In this document: piece by piece, positions 1 through 8,500 of the stretch | How positions within the stretch are numbered: position 1 is the first letter of the stretch | Layout of the letters: each line of letters starts with the position of its first letter | Assembly: GCA_021432655.1 (NCBI GenBank) | Contig: MU271394.1 | Span: forward strand, 50,614 to 70,613 | Direction: 5' to 3' | Source: Atractiella rhizophila | Lineage: Eukaryota | Length of the DNA: 20,000 nt | Position numbers and translations under genes: made by a program | Notes under the pieces: model-generated | Database searches by the model: none | The model's input: only the letters and a program-made list of their open reading frames with translations | What the model was told of the DNA's origin: nothing

Positions 1-795
1 GCACATGAAGGGGCAATAGAATGTTTATGCTTCTTTCTGGTTCTTTCGTCCCCACGTTCACTTCCGTCAAAGGAACACAGTGAGACGATAGCACGGTTTG
101 CAGGAGAGGAACCAACTTCCACTGTCCCGTTCACTCGCAGAAGACAACCACATACCTCAATCCCAGGATTGCGCGCCGTTATTTCCAAGATATTACACAC
201 ACTTTCTCCGCATGTCACAAGCACAACTAAAGATCAGGCTCTAAGTCCCAGCTTGCACCGAGTATCGATACAAGAATATGGAAGAAGAACACATCCCTGC
301 CTCCGCTTTCGTTGATCTGGCACGTGCTTGTCCTGAGCTTCTCTCTTCTCTTCCGTCGATTCAATGCATCATGCGATAGGGCGTCCTATCGACCGATTCC
401 GACGCTGCCACGGTGCCCTTTTGTTATTTTCATCTTTGAACTACTGAAGTAGTGCTAATTGAACACGAAATAGTCAGTCCTCTCATCTCCATCCCTCCCT
501 CTTCCCACATCCGCTTCCAACGTGTTCTGGCATGGAACTGACAGGCTAACTCCTCTACTATACGCCAGTACATGTCAAAGATCAACAGGAAAGTCCTTGG
601 AGGCTCATTAAGGGATTCACAAGAATATGCTTTCTTGATTAAAATTTCTTCCGATTTAACTCTGGTCTTCTTGGCTTTGATCTACATTATCATTGAGACG
701 TCCCCTCCGTGACAGCATTGATTTTCACCTTAAAAAATCTGTATGAGAGTGAGATAGTACCGAGTTTCGACGAAGCGACCACTTACAAGCACTCC

Positions 796-1725
796 CTACT
801 CATCGGCCGTTCGTACAATACTCTTAGCTTTGTAAAAGTTCTGTCTATATTCTTCAAATCCTTCTGGAGGTCCGTGGCACCAAACCTTCGTAAATTCATC
901 CAAGACTTTCTGTTCCTCTCTAGTTGGAGTACCTTCGAAGAATGGCCGGGCAGCGAGACACCTTTCGGTTGTCCCAAACCCGAACCAGTCGTTGTTTGCA
1001 TCGCCGACTTTGGCTTTACTATCGAGCCAACCGTCCCAGGAAGGTTTTACCAACTTCTCGCCGAATTTGGTGGCCGAATCGAAATCGATTATCACAACGG
1101 TGGTCAACATCCCTTCGTCGTCAAAATCAAGCATAATGTTGGTTGGAGACAGATCATTATGGGAGATACCCGCAGAATGAAGGTGTTCAAGCCCTTTGCG
1201 AATTTCGGCAAGAACGAAAGTTGCATCGATCCTCTTGTTTCGAAATATAGCTTCCCACAGCGTAAAGTGATGCTTTTCAAAACAGAGACCCGTTATGAAA
1301 GTGCCATCAGTTACATAGCCGTGATATCGACAAACGTTAGGATGAGGACGCCGTGAAATGATGTCCAAAGTTTCCAATTCGTGAGAATACAGATCTCTGG
1401 TTCGATAGGCATCTGCTGCAGTAGGATCTGTGACTCGACGAAAGTGCATCCCGAGCGAGAAAGGGGTCTTTACAAAGCCATTTGACAAACAGTCGGATGG
1501 AGCTTGGGTTTTGTCCTCAAAGTTAACCAAAAGTGGCAAATAAAACTTCTTATCGAGCCGTATTCCTGGCGCACACGTTTGGACATGTGCATCGTCGACG
1601 CAGACTGAGGGATCCTCTTCATCGAAATAATAGACGTCGCCATCCTCTTCATAAAGAACTTCCGTATAGAGAAATTTCAGGGGAGGACCGTCCCACCAGC
1701 TTTGAGCCTTGAGCAAGGTTCGCAT
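796..1725 (-). CDS. Intronless atypical fungal protein kinase-like protein (~309 aa)
   Basis: Kinase motifs in the ORF: FVKTP (beta3 Lys equivalent), HELETL (alphaC Glu), PHPNVCRYHGY, HLHSAGISHNDLSPTNIM (catalytic loop), VIIDFDS (DFG equivalent), NDWFG (subdomain IX-like). The track start at 1752 is GTG; the first in-frame ATG is at 1725. Confidence 0.88.
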   Translation of the reverse strand: MRTLLKAQSWWDGPPLKFLYTEVLYEEDGDVYYFDEEDPSVCVDDAHVQTCAPGIRLDKKFYLPLLVNFEDKTQAPSDCLSNGFVKTPFSLGMHFRRVTDPTAADAYRTRDLYSHELETLDIISRRPHPNVCRYHGYVTDGTFITGLCFEKHHFTLWEAIFRNKRIDATFVLAEIRKGLEHLHSAGISHNDLSPTNIMLDFDDEGMLTTVVIIDFDSATKFGEKLVKPSWDGWLDSKAKVGDANNDWFGFGTTERCLAARPFFEGTPTREEQKVLDEFTKVWCHGPPEGFEEYRQNFYKAKSIVRTADE

Positions 1726-2231
1726 GCTAATGAAAATCAGCCTACGAACCACGATACCCTACTAAACGTACCTGAATTTCACTCGATTTCAGTCTGAATA
1801 TGGACACGTCACTATTGTAAGTGTCGAGAAGGAAGACCCCACTGAGTTGCGGTGGAGAATGATGTATCTAAAGGGGGACGGCATCAGAATCATGGAGGCT
1901 GTGCCAGGGTCCGAAGTTCGCGAACCCAGCTTGTCACACGGTTTGATTAATATCGATTCCGGTCTGATAAGGTGATGCCATGTTAAGCCCATAGTCCGAC
2001 AAACAGAAAGTCCGCATGTGTCTGATCGATCATTCCAACTGCAAGTATTCTCCCACAGCAAGCTGCCAAGGGCAACAAAGGAAGCTCGAGCATGACATGG
2101 GATGGGAACGGCCGCAAAAAAAAATCGGCGATTAGTATATTCGAAGTCGCGAGTATACTTTGAAAGGCCAGCGAAAGACCATGCCCATGGAAACATCAAT
2201 CCAGAATCAGAAAGAACAGCTGTGTATTGCT

Positions 2232-3734
2232 TCAGAACCAGCGAGAACAGAGATGCTTTGCACCCCCAAATTGCTGTGAAAATTGAGGAGTATACCACGC
2301 GAAAGGCTCATTGAATTTCTCATGTAGAAGCGTTGTTGCACAATTCAGGTTCCAAGAGATCCGATCCGCAACAGTAGGTCTAAACAAATAATGATATTGT
2401 TCGTGATCAGCTCGAACATCGGAGTAGGGCAAATGGACAAAGCTTTTCTAGGTCAAAAAGGTAAGCATGGAAAGGGCGTGGGGGTTTGTCGTGCCAATTG
2501 TACATATAAGAAGTCAATGCAACTCGTTGAGAGCGGTCACCTCAAATCGTATCTCTCCATCACTCCTGAGGTTTTTAGAATCCGGTGCAACAATGGTAAG
2601 CACTTGAATCTGCATTGTAACATACAGAGTCGTGAGCGAGCGTCGTAAGAGGAAGATCGGTGATGAAATCCATTGAAATGGATTCCCACGGCACTGCTGG
2701 AATTGGGAGTGGCTGGAGTTTGCCTTTGGGCTTCTCGTTCGATGGTTTGGTCCGTGCACAAACGGCGCAAGATGCACACCAGTCCCGAATAACTTGGACT
2801 TGATGAGGGAAGAAGAAATCGCGAGAGACTGCGTTGAGGGTTTTATCCTGACCGAAATGGCCGCCCAGCGCGGAGTCGTGTCTCTCTTGAAGGATTCGGT
2901 TTCTCAGTTCTGTAGTCGGGAGGTATAATCGGGTTCTGTCTTTCAACAGGACTCCGGTTTCACTGAACGCTAAGCCGCGTAGTTTCGCGGTTACTGATCG
3001 ATCGCGGTGGAGGCTTGGGTCACGCAGAAAAGGAAGCATGGGTGCCAACCATGGATCCAATTCATAGCTCGCCTTGCACTCATCTATGAGGGGACTACTG
3101 ATTCGAGATATACTGAGGTTCGACAACAATACTGACGGGGACTGCTCGTGGGAGAAGAAAGTGGTGTCTCCGATGGCTGTTGATTGACAAGAGCCAGGGA
3201 GGAGCCGTAAGGCTGAGAGGTAGTACGATGGGTTCCTCGAGAGTGTGTCTGGAACGGAGTTCTGAGGACCTGGAATGTACTGAATGTCGAAGTTGTAAGT
3301 GGAGAGAACTTCGTTCCACCGAGCTTGACGACGTGAAAGGTTCGGTTGTGTTTGGAAGTATTTGAGCGAGTGGTGGTCAGATAGAATGGTGAAATGAGGC
3401 ATTCCTTCAAGGTAATGTCTCCAAGTCTTGAGAGCATGAACCACGGCGAGTAATTCCTTCTCATGGACCGGATACCTTGTCTCTGCACCATGTAACTTCC
3501 TGGATTCAAAGGCAATAGGTTGCCATTTACCTGAATCCGGAAACTCTTGCTCATGTGCGCACAATTCGCGCGCTGCGACGATGGCATCATCTTGGGTGGT
3601 ACTGTACTAGGTGATCGGTTGAGTTGTCGTCCTTTACTCAGCACGTGCTTCAGTTGGGTGGGTAAGTTCTGTTGGTCTCGACCTACTTGTTTACAGACTT
3701 GTTCAAGAAGAGGTGTTCGAGGTGAATCTTCCAT
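2232..3734 (-). pseudogene. Putative unknown host gene interrupted by the Gypsy fragment
   Basis: Removing the insert plus one ATG copy and splicing GT-AG introns 3686-3607 and 2540-2448 gives an open frame: MEDSPRTPLLEQVCKQ|YSTTQDDAIVAARELCAHVTMQIQVLTIVAPDSKNLRSDGEIRFE|KSFVHLPYSDVRADHEQYHYLFRP...RWF*. No family recognised; this is an inference. Confidence 0.4.
2624..3551 (-). mobile_element. Internal fragment of Ty3/Gypsy LTR-retrotransposon pol (C-terminal part of RNase H, linker, integrase HHCC zinc finger, start of integrase core); no LTRs
   Basis: PIAFESRKL..AETRYPVHEKELLAVV..LKTWRHYL, SDHHSL, RRQARW and PDTLSR (RNase H); HDSALGGH...CAVC (HHCC); PLPIP..PWESISMDFITDLP..HDSV (integrase core start). 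Similarity begins abruptly at EQEF (the upstream TDAS motif is absent) and ends at HDSV. Confidence 0.93.
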
Positions 3735-4166
3735 TCGAGAGATCGTATACTAGTACGAGACAACGTTGGAACAAGCGGTGCCACGAGGGTGGCACCAGCA
3801 CTAAACTGCTTCAGTGAATCATCAAAATGCGACTTGCCTTGGTTCGATGAGGGAGGGAGTAGAGGAAACAGGGCTGGGAGTCTTTGTCCACTTCAGTAAC
3901 ATAATCGTGAAATGTAGTGAATGTATGAAATGAGAAAGGACCTGGAATTGGCGCAACAACACTTCTGAAACTAGCATCAACATCAACGTGAGATCGATCG
4001 GTCCTCTTTCACTTTTCACACTGAGGTCGATAGATCCCAGCAGTCAATCAAGTTGCCAGTCAAGCGCTATCCACATCCACAGTCAGTCTCAGACCAAAAG
4101 GATCAGTTTCACTCTGTTTCGGCCTTGGAGATTTTGATATTGTAGGTTTCGATTTCGACTGGCTCC

Positions 4167-5363
4167 ATGGCAATTCGTACTTTCCCCAACGAAATATTTG
4201 AACACATCTTCGACAGTTTCAAGGCTCGCTGCAGCGCGCAAATGGGACACGGAGGAATTTTTTTCCCGGACGCTCGCACCCTCCTCACCTGTAGCCTTGT
4301 CTGCCGAGACTTTCTGCACTTTTCGAGGGCAGCATACTTTGAACGCGACATCTTCTTTGAGCAGTTTGACGCCAGGGATGAAAAATCTTTGAAGAATTTG
4401 AAACAGCTGCTCAAATCGCCTCATCAGACTTTACACCAGTATCTCAAGCAAGTCCACGTCATGGACTCTGTGACGGATGTTCCTGGCGGTGGTTACGACA
4501 TTTTTGCCCTCACGAATGGACTCACCATCAAGAAGCTGGCGTTGAGCAATACATCTGTGAATTTCGATCAAAATGTGGCGCAAGGATTTGGAAACCTCAC
4601 TTTCTTCAAAGCCGAAAAGATGAGGTGGCGCTTCGATGACCTTGCCGACTTTGCGGGATGTCACCCAGGCCTCGAAAAGCTTCACCTCAAAACCTGTAAC
4701 TTTTATCGACCACGCGAAGGCACCATCGAGGAGAAAGTGTCCATGAACACTCGTCGCTTCTCAAGCCAGCTCCGATACCTATACTTGGGTCAGACACCTG
4801 CAGATGTTGTTCTGAACGGACTATTGCCGCTTTGCAAGCTTGTAAAGCTGAGGCACGTGAAACTCTGGGATCTATTTGTAAGACTACAAGACCGAGAACG
4901 AAATGCAACGGCGCTCCAGGCGTTCTTCGACAGAAACGGCGAAAGCATATCTGTCATCGAAGTGCGGAATCCATACGGCAGGTTTAGCCTTCATGGCTGT
5001 AGATGGAGCTCAGTTCTTTATGCTTATCTCCCCAAAACATCAGCGAAAAGAGTCACCTTCGAGTTCCATAACAAGGAAAGGTCTTTTCTCGAAAACCAGG
5101 TTCTTGACAACTGGCAGATGGGCGATCTCGAACATCTCAGACTTGAGTGTTACAAATGGCCAACCGAATCATTTGAGACCTTGAAGAAGAATCTGACGAA
5201 AGAGAGGTTTCCTGCACTGCGATTGATCATTTTGAAGGAAATTGCACGGCCTGGGTGGCAACAGGAGACTGAGATTGCAAGGGATATGCTAAAACGTCAC
5301 TTTGAGAAATTGGAAATGCCACTCGTTTTTGTAAACTTTTGGCTGGATGGGAAACTCTATTGA
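4167..5363 (+). CDS. Intronless F-box-like protein with a probable degenerate LRR solenoid (398 aa)
   Basis: The N-terminus FPNEIFEHIF...LLTCSLVCRDF...R...F fits the fungal F-box-like pattern. Downstream are LxxLxL-like repeats (IKKLALS, LEKLHLK, LRYLYLG, LRHVKLW, LEHLRLE, FPALRLIIL). Confidence 0.78.
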   Translation: MAIRTFPNEIFEHIFDSFKARCSAQMGHGGIFFPDARTLLTCSLVCRDFLHFSRAAYFERDIFFEQFDARDEKSLKNLKQLLKSPHQTLHQYLKQVHVMDSVTDVPGGGYDIFALTNGLTIKKLALSNTSVNFDQNVAQGFGNLTFFKAEKMRWRFDDLADFAGCHPGLEKLHLKTCNFYRPREGTIEEKVSMNTRRFSSQLRYLYLGQTPADVVLNGLLPLCKLVKLRHVKLWDLFVRLQDRERNATALQAFFDRNGESISVIEVRNPYGRFSLHGCRWSSVLYAYLPKTSAKRVTFEFHNKERSFLENQVLDNWQMGDLEHLRLECYKWPTESFETLKKNLTKERFPALRLIILKEIARPGWQQETEIARDMLKRHFEKLEMPLVFVNFWLDGKLY

Positions 5364-5519
5364 TCTAGTCCTCTTTTGCTACTCTAAAGGTACTTCCCTC
5401 AAAACTCCTAGGTGCTTAATAATAATCTTAAATTTTCTAGGTGGCTGTGATAATCCTTGTTGTGAAGGTTATGCAATCCATTCTTAGTCCAGATTCAGGC
5501 ACCTCTGATACGAGCGCAA

Positions 5520-8500
5520 TCAACACTTATCTACTCCCCCAGACGTAATGACCGGCCCCTGCCCTACCCTATGGAAACCTGAACGCGACTGAGCCGCTTG
5601 AATGTCTGCGAGCGATATGTCAGCGCTGGAGCACATGGAACCGAACAAGCTGGAAGGAGTAAGAGCGAGTCTTTCTGGGGAATCGAACTCGGCTATCTTT
5701 CCCTCGTTCTGGGGAACAGCCATGTCAGGGGACAATTTTCGAACCTTGAGAATAGACCAACCATGACCAGAATTCGGTCGTAACCTGTAGCACCAGTTCA
5801 TGAGCCTGAAGAAACACATAAGGGAGCTGCAAACCAATGATGGTTTCCAAACGGTGAGCGATGCACATAACCACTTTGTCCTTCAATTCACAGCGTATCG
5901 TTTCTTGGATCTTCGAGTCCTGCTCAGATATCATTCAACCAACCGTTGCAAATGTTTCAGCTTTGTCTCCTACTTTCTCTTGGTCTATGGAAGACGTCGC
6001 CTCGTCGATAAGATATATCTAGCTTTCGTGTCAACATTACATCAGGAGGACATATTAAAGTTCACCTTAGAGTCCTTGACAATGGCTCTTGCAAGAGATA
6101 CCAAAGCTCGTTCCCCGACAGAAAGATTCGCGCCTTCATCTTCAATTTTCGTGTCCAGGTGGAAGCGATGGGTCGGGCTATCATTAAGATGACAGTGCTT
6201 GATCGCGTCGTTCAACCTAGCATCATCGTATTCTCCAAAAGGGTCGAGATTACTCCTCAGCGTTCCTGTAGGTGGTCAGCAGGATGTCAATCTGAGACAG
6301 GGGTAGCGCACCGTTGAACAATAAGGGTTCCTGAGGAATAATGGCGAGTCTACTTCGCAGAGTCTCCAGCCCCATCTTAGAAATGTCCTCGCCGTCTACT
6401 TCGATTGACCCAGATGCTAACTCTACGACCCGGAAGAGTGCCATGAGCAAAGACGTCTTTCCACTCCCCGTTCGGCCGCAGATGCCAATCTAGCCAATTG
6501 GTAAGAAAAGGAGTCGTTTGGAGCGAGTTTGAAAGCGATACCTTCTCTCCTGCTTTCACTTCGAAACTAACCCTGTGCAGAACTTCGGGCAGTCCTCGAC
6601 GGTAAATCATTCTGACGTCTTTGAAAGACAAGGAGCCGGTCTCCGGCCACGCAAGATCAGAAGGTCTGCCTTTAACGACGGCTGGCGCTTCTTGTACAAT
6701 TTTATGGGCATAGTAAATCAACCGCTCAGCATCTGGCATTGCGAGAAGGGTCAATACTGAAGCCAGCCTGAACAAAAAACGACATACTGTTCATTTCTGT
6801 TTCCAAAGTTGCCGATTCTCTCTTGAGAGGTCTTTAAGAGGGAATCTACAATGCAGACAAGCACTCACCACCAAAAAACCAAGCGCCTGGCTGATTTGCG
6901 TCACATATGAAAGCACCAACCCCACTTGGGCTGTTACGAACATAAGGATTACCCAAACCACGCAGCCGCAGGACGAACCAGGAGTAACAGATGTTTTCGC
7001 CAGACCAACCGAAAGTAAGGTGACTGAAAGAGTGAGGGACATGGCAATTATATCAAGTCGTACCCCAAGCCAGTGTTGATTGCAATAGGAGAGATAATAC
7101 GCGCTATTTTCGAGATCTATTGCCCGTTGATTATCTCGAACAAAACGTGCGGTCTCTCCATAAGCTCGAATAGTGCTCGTTCCAGCTCTATTCGCGAGAC
7201 TGTTACGACTGACGCTGCATTCGATAGCCTTGGAACTCACATGCTTTCTGAGAAATGAGCAGCGACCCCTGATCTGAGAAGATTGTTGGACCTAAACATT
7301 ATCTTCAATTGAGGCTGTTGCCCTGAAGAAACATACACACCTCTTAATTTCGCGAGCAGACGGTCGGTGGAACTTAGCGATCAAGAAAAAAACAGCACTA
7401 ATGACTGCGAGTGGAGCGATGAACCATGGCAAAACAATGGCGATTATGACGAGGATCCCAGCCAATTGACCAAAAGTACTGAGTACAACTGACCTCATGT
7501 TAAGAGACCTCAGGAGATGCGGAAATAAGTGGAGGGATACTTCTGATGGAACCATTTAGGGAATTATCGAGCACGTTAACGTCCGAAGAAAACCTAGGGA
7601 GGATTCTTCCGAGGGGGGTTGTGTCGAAGAAGTACTGAGGAGCGCGAATGACCCGCCTGAAGGCGGCATTGTGAAGCCTCTTGCTAGCTTGGTATCCTGC
7701 GATAACTCCAGCGAGTCCCATCAAGAAGCTGAACAGTGTCTGAGCGAATCCGAGTCCCCCGTATATACTTATGTAGAAGCCCCTCGATTGATTGAACGCG
7801 TCAACCTCCCACCTTTCAACTCGACATGAATACATTTGTTGTGGTGTTTGTGTCAGGACGAACCAGACTAGCCACTGATTTTCAAGAAATTTTCAGGGGC
7901 TCCCAAGCTGAAGACTAAATCTTACATAATTGTTGAGAACTCCTATGCTGGAGAATAGTGCCAAGCTGAGCAGGAGGACGATGCCTAAAAAGGCTCCTCC
8001 TGCAATTGCGAACGCAACATACACTAAGGGTTCATCAACGAGTCGCATCGATCGCTACGTCTTGCCACAGGAGTACGACGAACCTGAAAACGCGACAGAG
8101 CCGGATGCTCTGTCTTCCTCCTGTATGATTTTCTTTCCCGCACGCTTCCTACTCTCTACCTTGCTCTCTTCAAGTCTTTCGTCTTGAGACTCGGAAATAA
8201 CGACTTCTCTATCTGCATCCTCTTTATTCAATCTCCCAAACTCAGCTATCAGACGAGCGAAGACATCTCCACGCTGCACAAGTTCCTCGTACGTCCCCTG
8301 TTCCGAAATGCTTCCTTGATCAAGACAGATCACATAATCCACTTGATGTAAGATGTTTAGGTTGTGAGTGACGAGCTATTTGCGTTATGTAAGCAAGATT
8401 TTAGAAGAATGTTAGCGCACAATTCTTGTCCTGTCCGCCAACAACCTTTTGATGGCGTGATTGAGCAGGGTTTCAGCGACATGCGCGTCGACAGCACTGC

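Noticed and set aside
1..8. GCACATGA at the window start matches the minus-strand sequence at the Gypsy junction (3558-3551), as an inversion breakpoint might
   Set aside because: Only 8 nt, noticed post hoc, and the upstream context is not visible; the ATG-flanked insertion model explains the junction more simply.
1..650. Possible 3' exons of a plus-strand gene (frame 1 open to 315; CTAAY...YAG acceptor-like sites near 473 and 568)
   Set aside because: Could not build a consistent spliced model or recognise a product.
709..1356. 215-aa plus-strand ORF
   Set aside because: Antisense shadow of the kinase gene; GTG start and no recognisable motifs.
1789..2298. 169-aa minus-strand ORF with a hydrophobic start (FTAIWGCKASLF)
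   Set aside because: Non-ATG start and only a vague resemblance to fungal membrane proteins; may be part of the interrupted gene but unsupported.
3552..3606. TTQDDAIVAARELCAHE resembles a cysteine-synthase-type PLP enzyme helix
   Set aside because: Flanking exons show no other PLP-enzyme motifs; too short to call.
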